Assembly: GCF_964355755.1 (NCBI RefSeq)
Contig: NC_092671.1
Location: 37,892,304-37,956,303, forward strand
Direction of reading: 5' to 3'
Origin: Antedon mediterranea
Lineage: Eukaryota > Animalia > Echinodermata
DNA length: 64,000 nucleotides
A model generated the notes under the pieces. The model worked only from the letters and a program-made list of their open reading frames with translations. It was not told the origin of the DNA and ran no database searches. Made by a program: the position numbers and the translations under genes. Shown here piece by piece: positions 15,772-32,100 of this stretch (within the stretch, counting starts at the first letter, position 1; each line of letters begins with the position of its first letter).

Positions 15772-16879
15772 TTGACACTGTTAATTTTATAATAATGAAT
15801 TGATTGTTGGCCATTTTTGCTATATAGATACAGTTCTTAAACAGAATTGTAACCCGTCCATCGTATACAAAATTATGAATCTATATTACAAAAATTGTGC
15901 GCTGGCAAAAATTTAACAAAAAGCTACACTGTTATTATTTTTCGAATGCTACTAAATTTTATTTCTAAACATTTGTGTAATTTCTTTTTTTATTGTGGCT
16001 TTATATTTGCTGTGCATTGGTTTACATTAGTTAATCTAGTATGGTAAAATTTAATACCATACTTGGCTGCATTTCAAACTTGTTTGTACAAAAACTGCCA
16101 TAAAATAAGAATATCCTACCAAAAAAAAGACTGATATTAACTTGTTCCAGGATGATGTTAATTGGTAATTAAAATTTCGTAATTTAAGATTTTGAATTGG
16201 CTTTGCAACAACTTGAGTAGTGAGGCTTGCTGTGGGTGGTTCATAAGTGTCTAGGGATATTAGGATTAAGTCAATGCCCCCTTGTCCACCCACATCGCGT
16301 TACTTGACGATCAGGGCCTAGTGTGATACTAAATATATGATCCATATGTAGTTAAAGGAAACATCGCATTAAGCTATTAAATTCCATGCTGACCTCGTCT
16401 ATTTTAAGTTGTGTGCTTATTTCATATTTTAAACTTATTTCCTTCTCAATTTAATAGGCTTTATAGAAATTTATATTGAGTACATATATTATATAAGTAC
16501 TTTTTGGTATTTAAAATATAACCTTTTTTAGAACGTACACTTTATATATTTTGATATATAGTTTTTTAAAAACACATTTTATAAAATATCTCGCTAGGAA
16601 TGTTTTCAATATTTAATACACATGTACACATTTTCGTTTAAATACAATATTTATTATTTACAAAAAAAACCTTATAATTGCACATTGTATTATTTAGGAG
16701 TGTTGTAGAACTACCCGAAGTATGTAATAGGCAGATTATGTAATAGCTAATAAAGCATGATATTGTGCCTTCCAATAAATCTTTAAATTATATTTATGAA
16801 TATGATGAAAAAGAAAGTCACGTATTATATTTTGTTTTTATTATTAGTATTATACATCCATAAACACATTTTATTTTGG

Positions 16880-17045
16880 TGTCATACCGCCCTCCTCGCT
16901 TTGTTCTTAATCGCCCAATCAGCTGTTTCTAATCACATGACCGGGTGGGGACGTCAAAATCAAAATAGACATTTTCACTTCACACCATACAGTAGATGGC
17001 GCTCTCTGCAATTAATTGATTGGAACGGCGAAGAAGGCACGTTTG
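16880..17045 (+). promoter_or_regulatory. Probable DIP2 proximal promoter
   Basis: CpG-richer patch 60-220 nt before ATG with GC box (CCGCCC), CCAAT in both orientations, E-box TCACATGAC, CRE-like GACGTCA and CTCF-like CAGTAGATGGCGCT (16990-17003). Confidence 0.55.
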
Positions 17046-17105
17046 AAATGGAATTTTAATACTTATTTTACTCTAATTGTACAATATATAAATACAAAAT
17101 ATACT

Positions 17106-20100
17106 ATGGCTCAACCAAAAGTAAATATGGCTGCTTTACCCGCTCCTATAAAAGAAAAATTAGCCGAACTGGAGCAAGAATGGCGAGAAGGTAAGCTGGA
17201 ATTTGCTTTGTTTTCATTTTGTGTCCAATCAATTGCATGGCTTTTTGTGGCTTGTGCAGGTGGATTGTCTATCCTATCTAGCCTCCTAGTGCACAATGTT
17301 AATTCCATTGTTGGGCCTAGCCTAGCAGACGAAGCCTAGAAGTACATTTATTAAACACTTTAAATAATAGTACAGTATTTCACAAAATGGGATGTTTTTT
17401 ATGTGTTCGGCCGCTTAAAAAGATGAATGCAATACAATTTTTTTTTTTTTTATATCCAACAAAATGATAAAATTGTCAAAAACCAATATAATAATTGTTT
17501 TAAACTGCAGCTGTGGCATTATGTTAACCCAATCTTAATTGGTGATGTCTCCCCAAAACCCCAGGATATTTAGTATAAAAGCGTCTATTGTAAACTTTGA
17601 CGTTGATTTGTATTATTTTTATGTGAATATTTAATTTTTTTTTTTTTAAGTACAGACTAATTAGTTTTTTCTTATTTTCTTTTTTGTTAAGGAGTAATAA
17701 ATAAGTAAATACTGTAATTAAGTTAACTATTGGTGTGTTTGTGAATAGTACCCAAAAATCCAGACATCCTCATTGTCGGTATAATTAATGAATTACCTCT
17801 TTAGTCTTTAATTATTATCTGTTTATAAAACCTTGCCCAAGTTATTAGTTACAAACACGGAGAAGTACAGTAAAAGCCTGAATAAATCAAAAGTAGTTTT
17901 AAGCTACAGTATACTTGTCACAGAATGCTCGTGTAATTTATTCAAAGTATTGTCAGTACAATTGGGGTTATAATTAGCTGTATTCAAACATCAGGTTCAA
18001 TGATGATTATAATTATTGTTAACTGGTAAAACTTGCTCGCATTACAACCCTTCATTGAATCCAGGAGTGAAATTATGCATTAATTGATAGTATCAGATAA
18101 ATTCATGGTTGGATGAAAGAATCGACTATTGTAACTATCTAGGCAAATTGTAACATCTCATTAGCCTGGTGCAATGGGACATACAGCCCCAAAGGCTAGT
18201 ATACTACGGTTCATAGATATTGAGACAATGGACAGAATAGTAAAAACAACAAAACAACAGATTGCAATTTGATGATGATATCAACTAGATACAGTACCTG
18301 TACAGTGTATATTAAGATTTCATTTTCATTTAAAAGTATTTTAATAATTTCACATCAAAATTATAGCATTAGATATTTCAACATTACAAGCATTAGTTAG
18401 ATTAGAAGAAATTTCAACATACTTAATTACATTCTTTACTAATAATCCCATAAACCAGGATGTTATGATCATATATTAGTGCGAAATCATGTTCATTAAT
18501 ATGAGTCAACAAAAGAATGTTACTTTTATTATTAATGTATAATTTTGTCCTGTTTGTGTTGCCATACCCACAATTTAATAACAATAATAAAACTTATTTA
18601 ATCACGATAACACTTGTTCACCTCAGTGGTGTTTTCTGTAAGACATCATACAAGAAATAAATTAACAATTAAAAAGAAGAGTTTAACTAAAAAAACTGAA
18701 AATCTTAATTAACACTTATATTAGAATGAATTCAAATGTTACAATTAAAAAAACAAAAGAGGTCGGTAATAATTTGTTGTTGTAAAATATGATTAAATTT
18801 TAATGTTGATGTTATTTGACGTTCAAACTCCTATTGAGGTGTGGTCAGCCTGGGTGTGGTTGGAATTGCTTAGTTAGTTTCTACAGTACAATCCAAATAT
18901 ATAAGCATTTTAAATTATACAAAATTAACAATATGATTATTCGTTGCCATTTACAAAGTACTGCATAGCTTTGTATCATAAAAGTTTTGATAGTAAAAGC
19001 AAAATTAACCTCTAACATTTGAAAATCAACTAAAAGGTGAAGTAAATTTGCATTTTGATGATTTTTGCGAACTGAAATTGATGGCATTTTGTAATTACTA
19101 GCTGGCAGCTTCTAAGTTGAAGCTTCATCGTCGGATGTCAATTTCCTTATGTATGTTTCCTTGCTTGCTGGATATTGCATGGATGATGATGAAAATAACT
19201 GTGCTGTTTGGCACGTGTAATTGATATTGTAGATTGTAAAGAAGGCACGGTTTGGGGTTTCAAAGAAAAGTCCTCCTATGAAATGTTTAATCTTACTTTC
19301 TCTCATTCACATCAATTCATGTCTATAAATTACATTCATTTGTAAATTGTATGCATAGAATTCATAACATTTAATAAAAATAATACAGAAAATTGTATAT
19401 TAATTTTAATTCTGCTTGGAATTACAGTATTTTCATGTTTTTCTTGAATATTAATATAATATATGTTTTCAGTACACACCATAAATATTGGAAATATTAA
19501 TAAAGCCATATTAGAAAATGTTTCCAAATTATTTTTTTATGGCTTATTAAAATGAGGAGAAAATCAAAATTATTATATTAATAATAAAAACTTAATTAAA
19601 AAATATAATTTAATATGCTATTTATTTTTCTGATTTTATTCTGTTTTTGAATGATAATGAAAATACAGGAGGCTATATTACATTCCATTGGGAGTTACCA
19701 TAAACTAGGACAGATGTTGCAAAATAGCTCCTAACTAGTTTGTTTTGGTTTATAATGTCAAAGGTCAAAAGTTCAATTAGGAAATGTGACCTTTTTGGGA
19801 AAAATAACAGAAAGTTACATATTTGTTTCCATTTATGAACTGGAGGATTCCAGCAAACTGTATTTATCATTTAATACTTTTTCATGACAATGTTGTATTT
19901 AACTTTTAAGTCATATTGTGCAATTGGGAAGTGTTTAAATAACCTGTGACATTCAAGGCCTTCCTACTTTTAAGTCTGTTGTAAACACACCAATTAAAGT
20001 ACAATTGTCTGTTGTGGAATAATTGTTACAAACATAACTGAAAGTGAAGATATCTATAAGGAATCAGAAAATATAATGTACTCTTATAAAGACTGATAAC

Positions 20101-23100
20101 ATAGCTTGTTTAATATTATGCTTATTAGCAGGTGATCATAACAAAAATATTGAAATACATTAACCTGTTTCTTACACTACAGCACACAAACTTAAAATAG
20201 ATTTAATTAAATCATGGAGGTGTAAAATAATTATTATTTTATTAATATTTTACCTCCATGATTTAACACACGCATTAACCATGTAATGGTAATCTTGCTG
20301 GAGAATTTGTTTTCACTATCTTTACCCACAATGCAGTTAAACATCCTGTCAAAATAATGGTCAATAAAATAAATGTGACCATACAGAAATATTTATCCGA
20401 ATAGTCTTGTTTTATTTTGCCGTTTTATAAAATATCAAATTTATTTAGTGTTTTATTAGTTTTTTAAGCCTTTGACTAGTGCCCAAAAATCAACATTTAT
20501 AAATGACAAGTTGTTTATTATTAACCTTTTACTTCAAGTTAAATGCAGAATGCAGTACTGTACCATGTTAATTGTCTACCAACTCATTGTTTACGCTGCG
20601 TAGTGACATTTTTCAGAATGAAAGGAAACTAAAAATGAAAACAAAAGATATTATTTGTATTATCCTTTCCTGATTTAAATACTTGGTGCTATCAACACGG
20701 TATAAATTACAGGAACCAACATACCAAAGTAAATTGTCATAATTTAAGGTCGCTCCGAAATAGAATGTAAAAACAATCAGGTATTGCACTGGCTGTCACC
20801 TCAGAGTGTCCCCCTCTCCCCCCCCCCCCCACTATGATGTACTGTACTAATGTGTTATGTAATATGCTACCGTGTCGCATTTAGAAACATTATAATGTCA
20901 TAATAATAGATCTTATCACTATTGTAACTTGATCTTAGTATGTTTAATAATGTACAGTAAATATTTTGCCTTATAACATAAATATTGTTTGTGGGATAAA
21001 TGGTGTAATGTACTTTTTTAGAAGAAATTAAAATACAAGTGAAACACTGTCAACAAACACATTAATATGCATTAGTAGTAATTGACTGTATTTATTTTTT
21101 AAATCCAACAAACTCATTGTTCTGATAGTAGTACTGTTTAATAACTATTAAGGCAAATAAATTCGCGTAGCTTGTACCATGTAGAATCTGTATCTTTCCT
21201 CACCGGAAACTGCCCGTTCCCAAGGAATAACATAGATTCTATATTATTAACGTTACCACTCGTCTGTGTAAATTGGTGTAAATTGGCCTTAACTGTACTA
21301 TATGAACCACACCCTTTGTCTTATTTTACAACTCCCTGCTTTGTAGCAGTGTGCTCTGTTTCTCACTTAATAAAAGCACACCCTGGTGTTCTGTCAATGT
21401 AGAAAACATCTGTACAGTACAGTATGCTGACCTAAATCCTGTTACCTGATACACATTACTGCAGTAGGAAGCTTTTCAGGGACCTACAGTACTGTAGGAC
21501 TTATATCAATTGAGCTGATTATTCTAAATCCTATAGTTAATAGTTTAACAGGTCAATGGATTTTGTGACAATTTAGTACAGTGTTGTACATTATCCGACA
21601 GTACTACTGCATTATGGGTATATTGTATGACCATAATGCAGCAGGATAGTGATCTTTAAGCAGCGTTTTTTGTAAGAAATATTTCTTGTTAGACTATGCA
21701 ATGTGCAAAGCCTCTGAATCAGACCATTATTTACCAAATTTGTAGATTGTCAGAAGGGACTTAAAATCTAGACCAATCCAGAAATATCAACAACCCAAAA
21801 ATGTTCAATCAAAGATATCAACAAATCCAAAACCCTGGTTATTTCAAAATCGATAAATGGAAATGATTTGATGATTGATAAGCTCATATAAATTATGGAA
21901 ATGTTGGACTTGCATTGTTAATGTCATAATATGTGTGTTTTCATACCTTATTATACAATAGTTGATTCACATTACTTTATGTATGCAGGTTGTAGAACAT
22001 AAAATTGTTGTACGCATACAGTAATACTTAAATACTTGTTTCCATACAACCACATTAGCATAAATAATTCAGGGATACTCTCAACGCTAAAGAATCGTTG
22101 ACAAAAAAATGTAAAAGAATAAGATGTTAAAAAACAACAGCAATGATGATTTATGTATAGTTTTGTTTTTGTTCGTGTTATATTATCTATATATTTGTAC
22201 TCACTAACACATCATATCATTAATGGTGGTAATGATAATGTCAAAAACAGAAACAATAATATATAGTACCTGATGTTTTATGTATACTCACTGTAATAGA
22301 GTTCACTCTCCCAATATCGGACCCTCTGAAAATCGGAATCTCTCCCAAAACCAAACTTTTGTAGGCCCAAAAGGTCCCAAATTCATTTTTACCAAATAGA
22401 AAGTAAAACGCATTCTCAGTGAATACCGGACTTTTCGGAAAAGCAAACATATTAGGCCAGCCCAAAGGTGTCCGGTATTGGGAGAGTTGACTATACCGTT
22501 AACCTGTTATTATTATTATTAGAGTTATTATATTTTGAATTATTATATTTTTTCTTCCTCTAGGGGATATTACAGATAAAGGCTTTGAAAAAAAGAAGAC
22601 CAAATTGTTAGCGCCGTATGTCCAACAGCAAATAGGTAAGTGACTCACGAATGTCGGTCCAAACCGATTCAAATGACGCTTACATTAAAATCAGCGTGAA
22701 CGATAATTTGTAATCATAGTTAAATACGTAATTGCTTGTTGTGCGACCCCCTTTGCTGATCCTCAATATTGGATGGGTAAAGGTCGATGGAGGTACAGGG
22801 AATAATTTCGCCAGTGTAGCATAGCAAAAAGCTATACAAAACAACCTTCTTGCTACACATTTCTACAATTGTGTAGCAAAAATTACGATAGAAAACTATG
22901 ATTCTCAACTAAAAAATCAGTTTGATTCGCAATATTGCTAAACAAAATTTTAAAATGAAATTTTTCTCTGAGGTATTGATGATGTGCAAAATGCAAGTTG
23001 AATTGATTTTGTCTGTATCAATGTGTGTACCAAAGATACAAATACGTTGTGTGTTGTAGAAGTTTTTTTTTTATGTATTCCAAAACCTGAATTCAATAAC

Positions 23101-26100
23101 ACTAACTGTATCACAAATTTCTTTGATTTATTTGTGTTTTTTTAATTGATAATGACTGAATAAATAGTAGGGCATACAAGAATACAGACACTACTGTAGT
23201 TACAATTGCAACTTGTTTTACCACAACACTACTACAGTAGTATTGTGTGGGTGTAGTATATCAAAGGTCAGTAATGTTGGGTTTTGGCCAAAATCTCTTT
23301 AGTCTGATTATTTAAACTCATTATAGACTTGGAAATTTAATATAATTTGAATTTTCGAGAATCATTCTGTGGATTTGGAAATATTAATTGATGGATTTTA
23401 TAAATTATTAGGTGTGTTTTTTTTCCAAAATATAAATGATAATTATTACTGAATGTTAGCTAAAGAACATTATTGATTACTGTAGAGTCTTAAAGAATAG
23501 AAAAGCATTGCATGTTTTATAAACATTAAATATTTTCACCTTGACATCTGAAAGCTAATTGACCTTTTAAAAGATTGTTTTTCTGTGTTGTCGTTGTCAA
23601 GTGTTGCATTTTGAATTGAGGAAGGAGGTGCAAAAAGCTTTAAAAACGTTTAAATTATTAGCAGGTTGTCCACACAAACTTTAGATGGTAGTAGTAATAG
23701 GGTGTGGAAACTCTAGGGTGTGGCAACTCTAGGGTATGGGTGTGCTATTGTTTGAACAAACAAGGGAGTTTACCTTTTTAACAATAGAGATCAGTGTCTT
23801 GCAATTATTCTCAATTACTAATTATATTTGTTAGGATTGATTTATCAGTGATAATCATTTCATTTCTGTGTTTAATACAAACATTAAGCTCTGTCTACTC
23901 TATCAAAATTTATGTGACAAAAAAATGTAAATTTGTAAACCAGTTTTACATACAGAATTTAAACCTTGGTGCTTCATGGCACATTTTGAAAGTTGAAAAG
24001 AAATTATTAAATTAAAGGCATTGGCCATTATCTCACCCTACAAAAAATGTAAATAATACATTTTCACTTTTTAAACTATAATTTCATATTTATTTTATTC
24101 CTTCACATGTGTGACTAATATACCATAATTCAATATTATGACAACTAAATACATTATAAGATCTTTTCTTTGTTATACAGTATTATAAAATACTATTGTA
24201 CAGACTGTAATGTTTGTTGTAACCACCAGTCTTTGTTTATTGTCCATATTGTTAGTTAATGATGAAATAACTACATAAAATGAATGAGTAGTATGCTATA
24301 GGAGTTTGTTTGTTTGTTTGTTTTATTAGTTTCTCCACACATTTTAAAATAAAAGATAAAAATTACAAATTAAAAATAAGAAAATTACAATAAACAAAAA
24401 AAACCTAAAAAATGTGCGGATGGAGGTCAAAATAAGTTGCGGACAACTTTAAGTCGTGACCACCAGTTAAAAAGGGTTAAAAATTTTAAAAAAAAGGAGT
24501 AACAGTCACTGTATACTTTCCACTTATCTGCCACTACCTACCACCAGCATAAATTTAACTATAATCATGTGTATTAAGAAAAATAAATGTTTATAAACCT
24601 AATAATATACTGTTAATTCATAATAAGAAAATAACGCTTAACAACGAACAATGTTTCGACTCCATCATGGGTTCATTATCAAGTGCAATGAAGAAATTGT
24701 AAAAAATAACTAATTATATAACACAAACCAAGGGTCAAAGTTTAAATAACAGAAGACCTATTGTCTAACGTCCTGTTAAATGAAAAACTTAGCTTACTGT
24801 TATCAAATTATCATTTTAACATACATTACTGTAGATATTTAAATACGATATATTAATAAAAGTGATTTGAACTTTTTTTTTAAATTCAACGATACTGGTT
24901 AGTAGTAATGTATGCAGTATTGAAGAATGTAACTGAACTTCAGACTGTTTGTTTAAACATTTTCCGGAAAACAGTTTACAGACAACAAAACAGAAATGAA
25001 ACCGAAATCAAGTTGTCATCCTAATTGTTTTTCTTGGTAATTAGCACTTATCAATCATTGTTTACTTTGATGGAGTAATTATTTTATACCGTGATGTCAT
25101 CAGATGAGTCATAGAGGGAGTATTTCCAAGTTACCTCCACCAATGTGTCGAAATTCTATTGTTTTCTAGTCAATAACCTTCCATCATATAAATATTAATA
25201 TTTGAATGATGACATCAAAATATGACTGTACAACAGGTTAGGGTACTATATGTGACCAAATCTACTTAACTGCTGTAAATTGTGAGGCATATTTTGCCTT
25301 GCTGTTAAAGTACATTAAAATATGACATCAGGTTACTAGGTTATTTAAAACTAAATAAATATTATATATGAATGCCGTATATGAAGGATACATAATAACA
25401 GGTTATTTACCTTTATCAATAAAAAAAATGTTGATTTAAAGAGTATAACCGTTGGCTTACATTACAATCAAATCAGTTGAGTTTACCAAGTTTTTTACTT
25501 GCACTCTTGGAAAATTGAAGTCTGTTTAAGCTTTAATCTTTTTACCTCCAGTTTACAGTAACAGTATGGGTGTGATTATGTGCTCTTAACTAACAACGCG
25601 ACACTGTTAAACAAATTGATTCTTGCTTTTAAAATTGAAAATGCTTCTAGGTATAAATTTATTGTTGTCTAGTTTGTGTCTAGCTTACTTGGATAAACTG
25701 ACATTGGCCTATTCTCTCCGAGAAGAGAGCTACAATACAACTCCAATATATACAAAATCTTACTCATTCCCTTGTTGTCCTAATCCTGTATGCTCATTTT
25801 ATAACTAAACTACCCATTTATTTTAATAGAAAATTATTTACAGTACATAATATTAATAATATTAATTTTATTGTTGGAAAACGGGAAGGTAAGCAGGATG
25901 TTTGTAGAATGGTGAACTATTATCTTGTTTTATGCAGGGAGTTAACAACTCCTTATTTTATGTAGGTGACATTTAATGATTGGTTCAATCTGGTGTAGGT
26001 TCACAGAGATAGATTACGTTCAAGAAGTCTTTAAAATACTGAAGAGAATAGAATTTAGACTGTTTAAACACTAGCCTCACTATTTTTTTAATTTTTTTAT

Positions 26101-29100
26101 ATTAACAATAAGTACGGTATACATTCAGTAATCACCATTCTAATCATTGCATTTTAACACTGTTTTTCTGTACTATCTGATTATTATCATTTGCCACACA
26201 TGGTGCAAGAAATCTTTAAAATAAGGGAATGGAATTTAGTCTGTTTTAACACTTGCCTCACTATTAATTTTTTTTAAATAAAAAATAAGTATACAGAGTA
26301 TAACAATAATAATACATTATACCATGTAACCCCATCCTAATCATTGCATTTTAACACCGTTTTTTCCGCACTATCTGATTATCATCTTATGCCACACATT
26401 AATAGGATTCTACTATCACTGTGTACACACTGTGTGTTTGCTATTTACATAGAAATCACTTATTATGCAGGAGTGAAGAAGAATTGATTAAACTACACAC
26501 AGTTTGATGAGTCATCAGTTACTGTGCTTCGCTAGACTGCCCCTGTCTGATGGACACCGTGTAAACTTACCAATGCTTGTGGTGTATATAGTACGATCTA
26601 ATCCACTTACATAAATATGGTGGTTATCCTACTCAGGAATGTTGACCCCTCCTTAAGTCTAGCTGAGTATCATCTTGGATTTAATTTCTTGAATATGTTT
26701 TATTTAATTCGATTTCTGTTGGCGATTTTTATAAGATTTTGAGTACAGTACCAAATTTTGAAATAAAACAATTTTAAAGATGTATTTCTATTGATTGCAC
26801 AAGACAACTCATTGACGTATGTATATTATTAAATAGGTCAAGGGTTGACCATATTGAGGTTTGTCAAAATTTCTGGAAACTATGCTGAAAAATTTGCTGA
26901 TGTGATAAATTTTGAAAATTCTGATAGATTACCTTATCATTTTATGTTCTGAATACTAATGAACCATTGAAGTGAGCCCTCTAGAGTTTGAAAAAAAGGA
27001 GCAAAACCCATGGGACTATGTTTGTATGTGTTCCACTATAGTGGAGTAAACAAAAAACAAACGGATGAATGTCTGTTGTCGCCATTGTCATTAGATTACA
27101 TAGATGTCTGTCTTTGTTTTTATTTATTTGGTTTATTTCGTCACAATATTTATGTTTGTTTATTTTGTTTGTTTGAAATACACTAATGTGTCTGTCTATG
27201 GAAGATTGAATTTACACTCTTCTCTGGTCTGTCAAACATAAATTGTGTCCATTTTCTGTCTAAAATTTAGTCAAATTTGTACTTTTTAAACTTTTTTTTG
27301 TGGGAATTGCGTTTGCAGTAAGCGGAAGTAAAACAATAATAACTGAACTAACAGCATTATGCAATAAATTATACAATAAAAGCTTGGTTAAAAGTTATTA
27401 TTTTACACGCTCTGTTTTCTGTCGGAATTAAATGCATTCAATCTTGCATGCTACTTTCAAACGTGCATTCTGATGTTGTGTTTGTATAGTGTCTGTAGTA
27501 TAATACTAGTAGTAACTCTGAAATCTATCAGATTTGGATTCACTTTTTAAGTTTTATTGGCATCCTGTAATTTATTCTGTTTACACTAAACATTAGTGGG
27601 AATGTGAACAATGTAAAATGAATGACAATGAAAATGAAACTCATTTGTTCTGTATTTCTGTGTACCTAATGTTTTACTGATGTCTGGTTTCTCTTATGCC
27701 ACAATCACCTTTAACCTTCATAAACACATTACGCTAGTCCGCTATAACAAACAAGCAAAACAAATGTAGATAGAATATAAACATTTCTAAATTATTGAAA
27801 CTTATTTTATTCTGTAATTCTAATAATTTTAAGGTAATGTTTTACTGATGTCTGGTTTCGTTTATGCCACAATATAACCTTTGACCTCCGTAAACACATT
27901 ACACTATACTCTACAAGCAAGCAAAGATAAAATATAAACATTTCTAAATTATTGAAACTCATTTTATTCTGTAATTCCTAATAATTTTAAGGTAATGTTT
28001 TACTGATGTCTGGTTTCGTTTATGCCACAATATAACCTTTGACCTCCGTAAACACATTACACTATACTCTACAAGCAAGCAAAGATAAAATATAAACATT
28101 TCTAAATTATTGAAACTCATCTTATTCTGTAATTCCTAATAATGTTAAGGTAATGTTTTAGTGATCATCTGGTTTCGTTTATGCCACAATATCACCTTTG
28201 ACCTCCGTAAACACATTGCACTCTAAAACAAGCAAGAAAGACAAATGTTGATAGAATATTCACATTTCAAAATTATTCTATGAATTAATATTTCCATAGG
28301 ATAACAAATATTCTCTACTTATTGATGTTTTAATTTAATGAGGTTGGATATGATTAAAATGACTCAACAGTAATATTACTTCTTAGAATATACAATGTGC
28401 ATTAATAAGGTTTATCGCAATTGCTTGATTTCACGAGGAACGTCATTGCACAATGCATGATGGGAAGGGTTTGGGAGCAATACTACTACCTAGTACCATG
28501 GAGGTATAGTACCATATAATGAAATTTTTTAATACTGGTGGAGGTGCTATTGCTCCCATCCTTCTCATCATGCGTCACTCATGCTGTTTGCGATAAACCT
28601 TATTATCAGGAAAGATTCTTAGCAAAAGAGCAATTCTGGCTTTATATGACATCTTAGCATTATAGTATTTGTGCATGAAGAGCAGTGTAAATAATCTTCT
28701 CAAGATCTTATTAAAATTTCTGAGAGATACTTTAATAACATAATGTATTGTATACTATGCAGTTGGGAAAGAGGTTATTATAATGTTCCTCTTAACACAC
28801 CACACTAATTATTGATCATTTTGCTTGTTAAACAAAATTAATGAGTTCATCATTTTATTGAATTATAAAAAATACTATATTTTTATTTTTTTAAATTTGA
28901 AAACCTAAAAATTATTTATACGTAGACCTTACTCTACCCAAAGGAATAACTCCTTGCTTTACTGTAGTCACATTGTATACTGCAGACCTTGTCTTTTGAG
29001 CGCGTGCGATCACTCGCCTAACACACTCCTAAACTACTCTTGAGGAGTGCGATTTACAACACGCTTAAATTTGGTAAACTTCTACAGTACACACGAAAAT

Positions 29101-32100
29101 ACAAACAGCACACCTACAGCACCCCTGAATGTATTGAGGAGTGCAAGTTGTAGCAAACCTATAATTTTCAAAAGACACTGTACACTAAAACATTTATTAG
29201 CATAATATATCATATTTTATGATGTTAGAAAAACCATTACAAACAGTCAATCATGACATCATCACAAGAGCTTGAACTGATAAGTTAAATGTAAAACAAC
29301 AATTGACCAATCAAAGTAATGCAATGACAAACATATTGACTAATCAAAGGTCAGATAACATACATAATGCTGTGAATGTTTATTGACCAATCAATCATGT
29401 TAAATGATATATTCTACAGGTCAAAGTTCATGAAGTATTATTAATGATCGATCAAAGATTTATTTATACCATGAAATAAAAACTTCACAAAGAGTGAAAA
29501 TTATTTCTAAGGGTAGTTGATTTGTCTTTCACCAAAAGGAATTATAAATGTCGATTTATACAGGTAAGCCCAATAATATACATTTATATACAAATTAATT
29601 AAATCTGGAATGAATTAATGAAGATGAAAGGTAGAAAATTATGACAAGCAAAATTGTTCATGTTTGAACGTTGTATGTAAGTAGGGCTGTTTTATGATTT
29701 CAGTACAAACAACACCAACATGGTAACATATCCATATACGTCATTGTAAATCTCTTAAGCAATTCAAGTCACTTCTAAAATCTCGCCTTTTTCAATCATT
29801 CTTGTTGGTCTTTTAGCTCTGTGATAAATAGTGCTTTATCAAAGTTAATGTTATGAACATACTGTAAAATATTAGGAGTTTTTTGGAAACCAGTGGAAGG
29901 ACCAGGGAGTTGTAATAACAACTCCCTGTAAGGACATAGTCCTAAGGCCAAAATTGACTGCTAAAAAAAAAAATATTTATTACAGTAAACAGTGACTGTC
30001 TAAACTTTTATACTACAGATTATAGAATCACAGGTAGTTTTATAATTAATCCATGATTTAACCTAATTTCTGCATCGATAATAAAATAAAATGTTGATAT
30101 TTATCTTGGATTTGGTGCACAAACCATGGATTAGTAGACATGACATCCGTCTTCACAATCATCAGCTTATTGCAAAGTTGATTAGTTTAATTTGGAACTT
30201 TTATTTTTATCGGAAGCTCACAAATTTAATCCGTAGTTAACACTGAATTTTGTCTAAATTCTGCCGCTTTTTGTCCAATACAAACACTAAATGTAACGCA
30301 AGGACGTAAACGCAACGATTGTGATTGGTCAATTCACTTGCGTTGCGTTACGTTCTAGTGGGAACCAAGCTTCAAGGTTCATCTTGCTGTAGCCTGTGTC
30401 ATACCAACATTAAAGGTGTTGGTCAATTTTGTGCCTAGCTTACCTGGATAAACCGAAAAATGCCATAAAATTCTAATCAAAAAGTAGAGAATTTATTGAA
30501 CACCCCTCTCCATAAATGGTGCAGTCCACATTTTATGCAAATAATTCATTTTAAATAATATCTTGAGATCTGTGATGTTTACAGAAGATTATTATTTTGG
30601 ATTCACAATAATCTTAAAGTTAATTACACTTACGGATGCCGGCTATTTCGAGAGCATTACCGAATATTTCCTACTTCAAGATTTCCTACGATCTATGTAG
30701 GTGATGTCATATATTTATATTATTTAGCTCATATCCTTAATTTAAGCTTATCCAAGATCTTATAATCTTAAGCTCTGTCTACACTATCAAACTAATTTGA
30801 TAACAAATGTGTGATGTGCACATCAAATTTTTTTGTCACCTAAAGTTTGATAGTGTAGACAAGGCTGTATATACTAATAATGTTAATTGTTATATGATTA
30901 TGTAGGCCGCTACCGTAATTGTTGAAAGTGGGGCCTAGGGAGCAAATTTGTATGTATGTATGTATTCCTGTTGAGTGTCATGATGACATCATCTAATGTT
31001 AAAATGGTCACAAAAGAAAGAAGGAGGTTCGACCAATCCTCCCCTCAAGCCCTTATCAAGTTTACATAAAAGAACAATTAAGGCTAAACAGTCAAAACTG
31101 ATAAAGAACATACCAATAACGGGTTTATTTCTATTGTTTTGTGTTAAATCTTTTATACAATAGCCCTGTACTTTACTACTGAGGGTCCTCTTTAACAATA
31201 ACCACTTTGTTTAAAACAAAAAGAAAGAGGAATCTTTTGACTGCTGGTATTGTGTTGCTATTATTTGAAGGTTAACAAGAAGGTCGAAGTTCTGATTACT
31301 GACACACCAGCTCCACTGATAAACCCAGCTTTGTTGTGGTTGTGAATATAAAACCATGAAACTACCAGAAGTGGTTTTCAATCCCGTGACCTCCACGGTC
31401 ATATTTTACAGTTTTAATAACACTTCATATTAAACCTGGATTCATTCATGTAGGAGTGTTTATTCCATCTGGATGCTAAATTTTTATTACTCTATTAAAA
31501 TCTCAATGAATATATTTTATAAGGAATAGCACGTGGAAAATTAACATAGTGGATTTATTATTTTGATAAGGAGTTTTTTTTAAACTGATAAACATGGTTA
31601 GATCAGGTATGTTTTTGATTTATTCTCTTTTGTTTGGTTTTCAACAGTATAACTACTGTATACAGTAGTAAGACGATTACATCTCTTTGTTGCTTTTAAA
31701 AAATATTCGTCTATTGTGTAATACAATGGATAATTGTGTGACAAATTTATATTGGCAAACTACTATATTAAGAACAAAAAAATATTAATATTTTTAGTAT
31801 TTTTATTAAGGGATACTATACAAATCTAATAACAAAGATTACTTAAATAATGTTTTTACTACTAAAACAAACTGTAAACTACTAACTACAGTAAAATTAA
31901 AAGAAATTGGTTTTTTACATAAAATCTACAGTTTGTCTATCAAATATTATGATTCTAGTGATACATATTATTATATACAGTAATTAAAACAATACAATAC
32001 TATATTGTTATTGGGTATCTGACCAGTTTGGCGACTCCCAGTTTGCCGACTCCGGTTTGGCGACTCCCAGTTTGCCGACTCCCAGTTTGCCGACTGGCTA

